Origin: an uncultured Acidaminococcales bacterium
GTDB lineage: Bacteria > Bacillota > Negativicutes > Acidaminococcales > JAISLQ01
Reading direction: 5' to 3'
Assembly (NCBI GenBank): GCA_964551985.1
Contig: CAZKFG010000004.1
Coordinates: 1 to 63,794 of the forward strand
Length of the DNA: 63,794 bases
Shown here: positions 26,391 to 34,454 of the stretch, piece by piece
Position numbering within the stretch: position 1 is the stretch's first letter
Layout: the number at the start of each line of letters is the position of its first letter
Position numbers and translations under genes: made by a program
Notes under the pieces: generated by a model
Told to the model about the DNA's origin: nothing
What the model saw: only the letters and a program-made list of their open reading frames with translations
Database searches by the model: none

Positions 26391-26419
26391 TTGCCAAATT
26401 AGTCTTGCTATGTTACTAT
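26391..26419 (+). promoter_or_regulatory. Orphan sigma70-type promoter
   Basis: TTGCCA, 17-nt spacer, TACTAT, with a TGt extension. An inverted repeat ttactat-attaac-atagtaa overlaps the -10. Confidence 0.45.
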
Positions 26420-26425
26420 ATTAAC

Positions 26426-26540
26426 ATAGTAAATAATAATATGATGTATTTCAAGACAGCTACAGGCTCTTTCTCCCCCACTCTCCAAATAGTTGTTGCT
26501 TTTTAGCAAAAACTCTCATTTTGTTATGAGGGTTTTTTGC
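26426..26540 (+). ncRNA. Candidate ~115-nt small RNA or transcription-attenuating leader of the lptD operon
   Basis: Bounded by the promoter above and an intrinsic terminator. Contains a C-rich tract ctttctcccccactctcc and a possible SD-less 21-codon sORF (26441-26506). Confidence 0.3.
26509..26538 (+). terminator. Intrinsic terminator with no upstream gene on either strand
   Basis: aaaactctcat-tttgtt-atgagggtttttt: 11-bp stem followed by a T-run. Confidence 0.65.
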
Positions 26541-26591
26541 GTTTAGGTTGTAAATTTTTTAAAATAACGATAGCTAAATTAGCTTAAAATA

Positions 26592-26600
26592 TGGTAAAAT
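26592..26600 (+). promoter_or_regulatory. Candidate extended -10 for lptD
   Basis: TGgTAAAAT, 47 nt upstream of the start. No good -35. Confidence 0.3.
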
Positions 26601-26646
26601 GAATAAAATTAGGAATTAATTTTACAAGAAAGTAGGCTAAAAATAG

Positions 26647-28068
26647 ATGAAAAAAGCATTACAAAGCAAACATAAGGGAATTTTTTTATGTGCTTTTTTT
26701 TCGCTGGTGTTTGTATTATTGTTTCAAACACAAATTTATGCAAAAGAAAATGAGAATGATACAGCAGGAAAGCCGGTAACTATTTTAGCTGATTATATTC
26801 ATTATGATAATCAAACAGGGGATATTTTTGCTCAAGGATATGTAAGAATTATTCAAGATGATCAAATAATAACGGGCGATAGATTTGATGGCAATGTAAA
26901 AAATCAAGATGTTTGGACAAAACAGCTGGTTAATTTTCAACAAAATGCAACTCAAACTAATGTATATGGCAATTCAGCAGAGTATAATTATAAAACAAAA
27001 ACAGGGCAAGTAAATACAGTATATGGAAAAACAGGAAAGCAGTATATAACAGCAGAAAAAGTAGATATTTTACCAGATAAACTTGTTGCTGATGAAGCTA
27101 CAATGAGCCGTTGTGGTGCTCAAACGCATGTTAAATGCTATCATATTACAGCAAAAAAAATAGACATTTGGGTAAATGATAAAATAATTGCTTACGATGT
27201 GAATGTGTATATATTAGGTAAAAAAATGTTGTATCGTGATCGTTATGTTGTTGCGCTAACGGGAGAGAACTCAAATGTTCCGCGTATTGGCTGGGATAGT
27301 GATGATGGTCTTTACATAAAATATAGTTATATTTATCCTTTGAATAAAGATTTTTATATAGGAGCCAATTTTACTGCAGCAACTGAAGTAGGTGGACGTA
27401 CCTTGGGATGGTTTTTGTATGAGGGTAAGAATTTTAACGCTAAATATTCTTACGGTTATGAACAAGATGACGACAGCAATTGGATAAGAAAAGAAAATAA
27501 TATTAAAATTAATTACCATACTAAACCAATTTTCAAAACAGCACTAAATTATAGATTATGGTTTGAACGTGGATTTTGGGTTGGAAATAATAAAGAAAGT
27601 TGGCATACTGAAGCAGGGATATATATAAACCATAATCCGATTTATTTTGATGGTAAAAAAACATTGCATATGACTTTGGGGACAGGCTATAGAAAGCTTA
27701 AAGAAAGTTATGGCAATATTGATCAAGATGAATTTCGCTATGATGTGGGATTGCACAAGAAAATCTCACATAAATGGAGTATAGGAACTAATTATTCTAA
27801 TGTAAAAAATAACGTTAGTTTATTTGAGTATAATAAAGTAGATGTGCCAGAATCTTGGATATACTATGCTACATGGTCACCAGATGATTTAAACGCTGTG
27901 TCACTATTGCAAGAATATGATACAAAAAATAATCGTGTTTATAGAAATAAAATTGAATATAAGAGAAACTTACATTGTTGGGATTTGACATTGTACTATG
28001 AACGCAAAAATCCTATAAACAGTAAAACGGAAAATAAAGTTCATTGGGAAATAAGTTGGGCAATATAG
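26647..28068 (+). CDS. lptD: LptD-like outer-membrane LPS assembly protein (short form)
   Basis: Signal peptide ..TQIYA. OstA-like N-terminus VTILADYIHYDNQTGDIFAQGYVRI..ITGDRF. Y/W/N-rich beta-barrel C-terminal half. 473 aa. Confidence 0.6.
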   Translation: MKKALQSKHKGIFLCAFFSLVFVLLFQTQIYAKENENDTAGKPVTILADYIHYDNQTGDIFAQGYVRIIQDDQIITGDRFDGNVKNQDVWTKQLVNFQQNATQTNVYGNSAEYNYKTKTGQVNTVYGKTGKQYITAEKVDILPDKLVADEATMSRCGAQTHVKCYHITAKKIDIWVNDKIIAYDVNVYILGKKMLYRDRYVVALTGENSNVPRIGWDSDDGLYIKYSYIYPLNKDFYIGANFTAATEVGGRTLGWFLYEGKNFNAKYSYGYEQDDDSNWIRKENNIKINYHTKPIFKTALNYRLWFERGFWVGNNKESWHTEAGIYINHNPIYFDGKKTLHMTLGTGYRKLKESYGNIDQDEFRYDVGLHKKISHKWSIGTNYSNVKNNVSLFEYNKVDVPESWIYYATWSPDDLNAVSLLQEYDTKNNRVYRNKIEYKRNLHCWDLTLYYERKNPINSKTENKVHWEISWAI

Positions 28069-28075
28069 TTTTGAG

Positions 28076-28660
28076 GTGAATGAATTGAGTTTACAAACGA
28101 TACAAGATTGTATAGTTGAGCATCAAAAAGTCATAAATTTAGTGCGTGATTTGCTGGCAGATAAAATACTATCGGCAGCAAACATTTGTAAAGATGCAGT
28201 GGAAAATGGTAATAAAGTTTTATTCTGTGGTAATGGTGGCAGTGCGGCAGATAGTCAGCATCTAGCAGCTGAATTTGTTGGTAGATTTCAAATAGAACGT
28301 GATGGACTGGCAGCAATCTCTTTGACGACGGACACGTCTATTTTGACAGCTGTTGCCAACGACTATGGCTTTGAGACTGTCTTTTCAAGGCAGGTGTCGG
28401 CGCTAGGCAACAAAGGGGATGTTTTAGTAGGATTATCAACTTCTGGAAACAGTGAAAATGTATTTGAAGCTATTATAAAAGCCAAAGAGATGGGCATAAA
28501 AACAATTTCGCTTACAGGTTGTGATGGTGGTAAAATAGCCAAAACAGCTGATTTATCTATTAATATTCCTAAAAAAATTACAGCTCGTGTGCAAGAAGCC
28601 CACATTTTAATTGGTCATATAATTTGTCAGTTGGTGGATGAAGAAAAAAATGATAAATAA
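28076..28660 (+). CDS. gmhA: Phosphoheptose isomerase (SIS)
   Basis: FCGNGGSAADSQHLAAEFVGRF, GLSTSGNS and QEAHILIGH motifs. Confidence 0.9.
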   Translation: MNELSLQTIQDCIVEHQKVINLVRDLLADKILSAANICKDAVENGNKVLFCGNGGSAADSQHLAAEFVGRFQIERDGLAAISLTTDTSILTAVANDYGFETVFSRQVSALGNKGDVLVGLSTSGNSENVFEAIIKAKEMGIKTISLTGCDGGKIAKTADLSINIPKKITARVQEAHILIGHIICQLVDEEKNDK

Positions 28661-30131
28661 CTTTAATATAGTAGATTTTTTGTCTAAACAAATAGAACAA
28701 TTAAAGATAGTTGTTATTGGCGATGTTATGCTCGATAGTTATTATTATGGCTCTGTTAGCAGAATTTCACCAGAAGCACCAGTCCCTGTAAACAAAGTTA
28801 ATAATCAATCAGAAAATTTAGGTGGTGCAGCTAATGTCGCAGCAAATCTTGCGTTTTTAGGATGCAAGGTGTATTTGTGTTCAGCTATTGGCGATGACGA
28901 AAACGGGAAAAAACTAACATCTGTTTTAGATAGTTTAAGTATTGACCATAGTAGTATTTTAGTGAGCGAAAATCGACAAACGACAAATAAACTGCGTATA
29001 ATTGGCTCTAATCAGCAAATGTTAAGATTGGATTTTGAAGATATACAAAATTTAACAGACAATGAGGAAGATGAGCTGTTTGCTCGCTTGCGCAAACTTA
29101 TGAGTGAAGGCGTAAATGGTATAGTTATTTCAGATTATGCCAAAGGCGTTTGCACAAAGAGCTTTTGCCAAAAAGTTATTACACAAGCTAAAGCCGCTAA
29201 TATTCCAGTGCTTGTAGACCCTAAAGGCTACAACTGGGATAAATATGAAAATGTTGATTTTATTACTCCTAATGTTAAAGAACTAGGAGAATGTTTGCAA
29301 CAGTCTTTGCAAAATACTACGCCAATTATAACAAAAGCCGCAAGAGAAGCACTGGATAAATATAAGGTAAAATCCATTTTAGTAACAAGGTCAGAACAAG
29401 GAATGACTTTTGTCGACAAAGACAAAGAATTTACTGTTGAGGCAACAGCCAGGGAAGTGTATGATGTTTCTGGCGCGGGCGACACAGTTGCAGCAGCATT
29501 TATAGCAGGAGTATCAGGCGGACTTACAGAAGCGACAGCTGCTTTTTTGGCAAACGAAGCAGCGGCTATTGTTGTTGCCCGTGCTGGGACTTATGCTATA
29601 AGACGAGACGAGTTATTGGCTCATTTATTGGAAAAAGAATGCAAAACAGATGAAAAACATAGACCACTTAATTGGCAGGAAATAAAAGTGCTCGCTCAAA
29701 GCTGGCGTAGACTAGGTAAAAAAATTATATTTACCAATGGTTGCTTTGATATCTTACATACAGGGCATATAACTTATTTAGAAAAAGCTGCAAAATTAGG
29801 CGATATATTAATTCTTGGTTTAAATAGTGACGCATCTGTTAGACGTTTAAAAGGTGAGACTAGACCACTTGTTGGCGAGCAAGATCGAGCAAGACTACTT
29901 TTGGCTTTATCTTGTATAGATGCGGTTGTTTTATTTGAAGAAGATACCCCAACCGAACTTATAAAAATAATTAAACCTGATGTACTTGTAAAAGGCGGAG
30001 ATTATTCGGCCGAACAAGTAGCTGGCAGAGAATATGCTGGCAAAGTAGAAATAATTGACTTTGAACAAGGCTATTCCACTACAGATTTGGTCAATAAAAT
30101 AATTGCTTTGGTTAAAGGAGGAAAACTATGA
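28638..30131 (+). CDS. hldE: Bifunctional D-beta-D-heptose 7-phosphate kinase / heptose 1-phosphate adenylyltransferase
   Basis: pfkB-type kinase N-domain (GGAANVA.., DVSGAGDT) plus a cytidylyltransferase C-domain (FTNGCFDILHTGH). Confidence 0.9.
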   Translation: MKKKMINNFNIVDFLSKQIEQLKIVVIGDVMLDSYYYGSVSRISPEAPVPVNKVNNQSENLGGAANVAANLAFLGCKVYLCSAIGDDENGKKLTSVLDSLSIDHSSILVSENRQTTNKLRIIGSNQQMLRLDFEDIQNLTDNEEDELFARLRKLMSEGVNGIVISDYAKGVCTKSFCQKVITQAKAANIPVLVDPKGYNWDKYENVDFITPNVKELGECLQQSLQNTTPIITKAAREALDKYKVKSILVTRSEQGMTFVDKDKEFTVEATAREVYDVSGAGDTVAAAFIAGVSGGLTEATAAFLANEAAAIVVARAGTYAIRRDELLAHLLEKECKTDEKHRPLNWQEIKVLAQSWRRLGKKIIFTNGCFDILHTGHITYLEKAAKLGDILILGLNSDASVRRLKGETRPLVGEQDRARLLLALSCIDAVVLFEEDTPTELIKIIKPDVLVKGGDYSAEQVAGREYAGKVEIIDFEQGYSTTDLVNKIIALVKGGKL

Positions 30132-31090
30132 TAATTGTAACAGGTGGTGCCGGATTTATCGGTAGTAATTTAATAAAAAGTTTAAATGACGGTGGCAGAA
30201 CAGACATTTTAATTGTTGATAATTTGACAAAGGCTGATAAATGTCGCAATCTGAGCGTCCTAAAAGCTCTTGACTTTTATGATAAAAACCAATTTATGGA
30301 TGCTTTGAAACATGGTGTTTTTAATTATGAAGATATAGATGTTATTTTTCATCAAGGTGCCTGTTCTGACACAATGGAAACTGATGGCAAGTACATAATG
30401 GAAAATAACTATGACTATAGCAAAAAATTGTTGCATTTTTGCCTAGAGCGTAAAATATCTTTTGTTTATGCATCTTCGGCTTCAACTTACGGTAGCGGGA
30501 AAAAAGGCTTTACAGAACGGCTAGAATGTGAACAGGCTTTAAATGCTTATGCCTATTCAAAATTATTTTTCGATCGTTATGTACAAAGATTACTACCAAA
30601 TGCCCACAGCCAAGTTGTAGGTCTACGCTACTTTAACGTTTTTGGACCACAAGAGCATCATAAAGGCAAGATGGCATCTATGGTTTATCAAATGTATAGA
30701 CAAATTAAACAAACAAGTAAGATAAAATTATTTAAAGGCTATGGTTGCCCTGATGGTCAGCAAAAAAGAGACTTTATTTATGTTAAAGATGTTGTAGAGG
30801 TAAATAAATTTTTCTTTGAGAACTCTAATATAAGTGGTATTTTTAATTGCGGTACAGGTAAAGAACATAGTTTTAAAGAGCTTGCGGATGAAGTGATTGA
30901 TTTTTTAAATCAAGGCGAAATAGAATATATCGATTTTCCAACCCAATTAATTGGCAAATATCAAAACTTTACTCAAGCAGATACGAAAAAATTGTTAGAT
31001 GCTGGATATAATAAAGGCTTTACACGTCTTGATAAAGCTGTTGCCGAATATTGCAATATGCTTGAAAGTACAGATGGATATTTTGAATGA
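30128..31090 (+). CDS. hldD: ADP-L-glycero-D-manno-heptose 6-epimerase
   Basis: IIVTGGAGFIGSN, YASSASTYG and YAYSK SDR motifs. 320 aa. Confidence 0.88.
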   Translation: MIIVTGGAGFIGSNLIKSLNDGGRTDILIVDNLTKADKCRNLSVLKALDFYDKNQFMDALKHGVFNYEDIDVIFHQGACSDTMETDGKYIMENNYDYSKKLLHFCLERKISFVYASSASTYGSGKKGFTERLECEQALNAYAYSKLFFDRYVQRLLPNAHSQVVGLRYFNVFGPQEHHKGKMASMVYQMYRQIKQTSKIKLFKGYGCPDGQQKRDFIYVKDVVEVNKFFFENSNISGIFNCGTGKEHSFKELADEVIDFLNQGEIEYIDFPTQLIGKYQNFTQADTKKLLDAGYNKGFTRLDKAVAEYCNMLESTDGYFE

Positions 31091-31584
31091 GACCAGCAGT
31101 TTTTTTTGACCGTGACGGAGTTTTAAATGTAGAGAAAAACTACCTATACAAGATAGAAGATTTTCAGTGGCAGCAAGGTGCTTTTGACGCTATTTGTCAT
31201 TTAAAGCAGCAAGGTTATTATGTATTTGTTGTAACAAATCAAAGTGGAATTGCCAGAGACTACTATACTTGTGAAGATGTAGAACGTTTACACGTATTTA
31301 TAAATGAGCAGTTAGCTTTGAATAACAGCTGTATAGACGAATTTTATTATTGCCCACATCATCCTGATTTTGGTGAGCATTGCGATTGTAGAAAACCAAA
31401 CCCAGGGATGATTTTACAGGCATTTAGTGAGTATGATATTGATAAAAAAAGCTCATTTTTAGTTGGTGATAAGCAATCAGACTTAAAAGCTGCGCAAAAT
31501 GCTGGAATTGATGGTTATTTGTATCAAGATGGTGATTTGCTTTCTTTTATAAAAAATATTTTGGCAACAAGGGATAGTAAATGA
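31087..31584 (+). CDS. gmhB: D,D-heptose 1,7-bisphosphate phosphatase (HAD, HisB-like)
   Basis: FFDRDGVLN, VTNQSGIAR, CPHHP..C.CRKPNPGM and GDKQSDL motifs. Confidence 0.88.
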   Translation: MRPAVFFDRDGVLNVEKNYLYKIEDFQWQQGAFDAICHLKQQGYYVFVVTNQSGIARDYYTCEDVERLHVFINEQLALNNSCIDEFYYCPHHPDFGEHCDCRKPNPGMILQAFSEYDIDKKSSFLVGDKQSDLKAAQNAGIDGYLYQDGDLLSFIKNILATRDSK

Positions 31585-32618
31585 AAGACTATAAAAACAT
31601 CTTAGTTATCAAAATGAGTGCTTTGGGTGATATTATTCACGCATTGCCTTCTTTATATGCACTTAGGAAGACATATCCTAAGGCTAGAATATCTTGGCTT
31701 GTAGAGCCACAGTTTGCTGAGATTTTGCCAGGGACGCCATATATTGATGAGAAAATAATCTTTTATAAAAATGATTTGAAGAAAAAAAATATTTGGGAAA
31801 AACTAGCTTATTTGAAGCAACTGAAAAAGCAGTTACAAAGCCGTAACTTTGATTTAGTAATTGATTTGCAAGGACTTTTTAAAAGCTCTTTAATTGTCTT
31901 TTTAAGTGGTGGCAAAGAAAAGTTAACATATTGCGAACCAAGAGAAGGTAGTTTTTTATTTAGTAAAGCAATCTATGGTGAGCATAGTAAGGGGCATATA
32001 ATTCAGAGATATTTAGATGTTATTCGCTATATCGGCTATAAAGATGATGAAGTGGTTTTTCCGCTGGCGGATTTTTCTGTACGCGAAGAAAACATGCAAA
32101 AATTACTTGATACAAAGGGCGTAAGTGATAGATATGCAGTATTTTTCCCTGGTGCTGGTTGGACAAGTAAGGAGTGGAAGCCTGACAACTACGCTAAATT
32201 AGCTAAAGAGCTAACTTCTAAGAGCATAGATATTGTTCTTGCAGGTGGTAGCGTAGATGGCGCGAAGGCAAAATCAATTCAAGAGAAAAGTTTAAGTAGC
32301 AAGGTTTTTGATTTGACAGGTAAAACAGCTATAATGGACTTGCCTGCACTTGTTAAAAAAGCGCAGTTTTGTCTTGGTGGAGATACAGGACCACTACATA
32401 TTGCAGCAGCTGTAGGAACGCCTACAATATCAATGTTTGGACCGTCAAGTGCAGATAGAGCTTGCCCTTATGGGGATAAAAATATTATTATCAAAACAAC
32501 AGCAAAATGCTCGCCGTGTTTTAAAAGAAAATGTTTAAAAGAGATTACATGTATGGATTTAATAAGCGTGCAAGAAGTATTAAAAGCATGTGAAAAAGTG
32601 GTGGGAAAATGCAAATAA
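31581..32618 (+). CDS. GT9 ADP-heptose:LPS heptosyltransferase (WaaC-like)
   Basis: ILVIKMSALGDIIHALP N-terminus and GGDTGPLHIAAAVGTP C-terminal motif. Confidence 0.78.
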   Translation: MKDYKNILVIKMSALGDIIHALPSLYALRKTYPKARISWLVEPQFAEILPGTPYIDEKIIFYKNDLKKKNIWEKLAYLKQLKKQLQSRNFDLVIDLQGLFKSSLIVFLSGGKEKLTYCEPREGSFLFSKAIYGEHSKGHIIQRYLDVIRYIGYKDDEVVFPLADFSVREENMQKLLDTKGVSDRYAVFFPGAGWTSKEWKPDNYAKLAKELTSKSIDIVLAGGSVDGAKAKSIQEKSLSSKVFDLTGKTAIMDLPALVKKAQFCLGGDTGPLHIAAAVGTPTISMFGPSSADRACPYGDKNIIIKTTAKCSPCFKRKCLKEITCMDLISVQEVLKACEKVVGKCK

Positions 32619-33640
32619 CAAATGTAAATACAATACTGGTGACCTTTTTGATGCAGCTCGGTGATCTTATTTTGACAACTCCATTTTTAACCGCACTAAG
32701 AAAGGCTGCGCCGCAGGCAAAAATAACTTATTTGATTGATGAAAAGTGGCTAGATATAGTAAGTTGCAATCCTGATGTTGACAATATTATCACTCTAGAC
32801 CGTAAAGGCAAAGACAAAAGCTTTTCTGCGCTTTGGAAATACAGTAAAAAATTACAAAAAGAAAAATTTGACCTTGTAATCAATTTAAATCCTAGCGAAC
32901 GATGTTCTTTCATAGCCGGTTTTAGTGGCGGTAAATATAAGACTGGTTCAGCGCCTAGTTTATTTAAACTATTATTTGATAAAACTTTACCATTAGATAG
33001 AACGGTGCACGCTGCAGATATGTATTTGAAAATATTAAATTCTTTTGGTATAGATGATTTGAGTAATGACGGATTAAAAATTATTCCGTCAGAAAAAAGC
33101 ATTTTGGAAGCAGATGCACTTTTAAAAAAGAAAGGCATTGCAAATAACGACAAATTAATTGGTTTTAATATTGGCAGTGCTTCTGCTATAAAATGTTGGC
33201 TTCCAGAGAGATTTGCTAAAGTAGCAGATTATGTTGCTATGCGCGGCTATACGCCAGTGTTTTTTGGTAGTGCGTCAGAAATGAATGCTGTAAAAGAAAC
33301 TGTAAATCAGATGACTTGTAACCCTATTATCGTAACAGGAGAGCTTAGCATAGGTGGACTTGTTGCAACTTTAGCTAAAATGAAACTGCTAATTACCAAT
33401 GACAGCGGACCTATGCATATAGCGGTAAGCCAAAAAGTACCTGTTGTTGCTATTTTTGGACCATCTAAACCGGATTTATATGGACCATATAATACTGATA
33501 AAAAAATTGTAGTACAATCTGATCCTCTTTGCCCAAATTGCCCAAGAAGAATGAAGGCTAAATGTGACGATATGCGTTGCATGCTTGGGATAACGGTTGA
33601 ACAGGTTTCTAGTGCTGTAGATACGATACTGACAAAGTAA
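32609..33640 (+). CDS. GT9 heptosyltransferase (second, WaaF/WaaQ-like)
   Basis: LGDLILTTPFL and TNDSGPMHIAVSQKVP motifs. 343 aa. Confidence 0.75.
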   Translation: MQITNVNTILVTFLMQLGDLILTTPFLTALRKAAPQAKITYLIDEKWLDIVSCNPDVDNIITLDRKGKDKSFSALWKYSKKLQKEKFDLVINLNPSERCSFIAGFSGGKYKTGSAPSLFKLLFDKTLPLDRTVHAADMYLKILNSFGIDDLSNDGLKIIPSEKSILEADALLKKKGIANNDKLIGFNIGSASAIKCWLPERFAKVADYVAMRGYTPVFFGSASEMNAVKETVNQMTCNPIIVTGELSIGGLVATLAKMKLLITNDSGPMHIAVSQKVPVVAIFGPSKPDLYGPYNTDKKIVVQSDPLCPNCPRRMKAKCDDMRCMLGITVEQVSSAVDTILTK

Positions 33641-33669
33641 AGTTTTATTACAAAAAGAACTTTTATAAA

Positions 33670-33706
33670 AATAAGTTATATGCTAATATAATAAGTATAA
33701 CTTATT
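33670..33706. promoter_or_regulatory. Perfect 11-bp inverted repeat upstream of rubrerythrin (candidate operator)
   Basis: aataagttata-N15-tataacttatt, ending 21 nt before the rbr start. Confidence 0.35.
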
Positions 33707-33727
33707 ATATTACGAGGAGGTTTTATT

Positions 33728-34330
33728 ATGAGCAAAAGTTTAAAAGGAACAAAAACTTTGGAAAATCTAATGAAAGCGTTTGCAGGTGAAAGTCAGGCTC
33801 GCACAAGATACACTTATTATGCAACTGTTGCCAAAAAACACGGCTATGTGCAAATAGCGAATATTTTTATGGAAACGGCAGAAAATGAAAAAGAACATGC
33901 AAAAAGATTTATGAAGTGTGCGCTTATGTACAGTGATGGTAAAGATAATGTACCTGTAGATATTCGTGCTACATATCCGTTTGCTTACTCGGATACCGAT
34001 ACTTTAATGAATTTAAAAATGGCAGCACAAGGTGAGCATGAAGAGTGGAGCGATTTGTATGATAGTTTTAGCAAAACGGCAATAGAAGAAGGTTTTGCTG
34101 ATATTGCCAGAGTTTTTAGTGAAATTGCTAAAGTAGAAGAGCATCATGAAAAACGCTATTTAAAATTGGCCAAAAATATTGAAAATGAAACTTTATATAA
34201 AAAAGACAGTGCAGTAGAGTGGAAATGTGATAATTGTGGTTATATTCATCATGGTAAAGAGGCACCAAAATCTTGTCCTGCGTGCGCTCATCCACAAAAT
34301 TATTTTGAAGTTTTTGTAGAGACATATTAA
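33728..34330 (+). CDS. rbr: Rubrerythrin (diiron four-helix bundle + C-terminal rubredoxin-like domain)
   Basis: GTKTLENLMKAFAGESQARTRY, EKEHAK, EEHHEKRY, and C-terminal CDNCGY..CPACAHP. Confidence 0.9.
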   Translation: MSKSLKGTKTLENLMKAFAGESQARTRYTYYATVAKKHGYVQIANIFMETAENEKEHAKRFMKCALMYSDGKDNVPVDIRATYPFAYSDTDTLMNLKMAAQGEHEEWSDLYDSFSKTAIEEGFADIARVFSEIAKVEEHHEKRYLKLAKNIENETLYKKDSAVEWKCDNCGYIHHGKEAPKSCPACAHPQNYFEVFVETY

Positions 34331-34334
34331 AACA

Positions 34335-34376
34335 AAAACCCTTTTGTTAAAAGTTTTTTAACAAAAGGGTTTTTTA
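34335..34376 (+). terminator. Strong terminator after rbr
   Basis: aaaaacccttttgttaaaa-g-ttttttaacaaaagggttttt: a long perfect stem. Confidence 0.85.
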
Positions 34377-34454
34377 TTGTTTTTAGCAGGGAAAATGAGC
34401 ATTATGGGGAATATATATAATATAAAGTATTTTGATTTTCGGGAGGGACTTTTT

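Noticed and set aside
26319-26560. T-box or other riboswitch leader for cysE on the minus strand
   Set aside because: An extended -10 (TGTTATAAT) lies only ~25 nt upstream of the cysE start, and no T-box core (AGGGTGGTACCGCG-like) is present. The hairpin at 26509-26538 is therefore not part of a cysE leader.
32728-33153. 141-aa minus-strand ORF
   Set aside because: It is antisense to the second heptosyltransferase gene.
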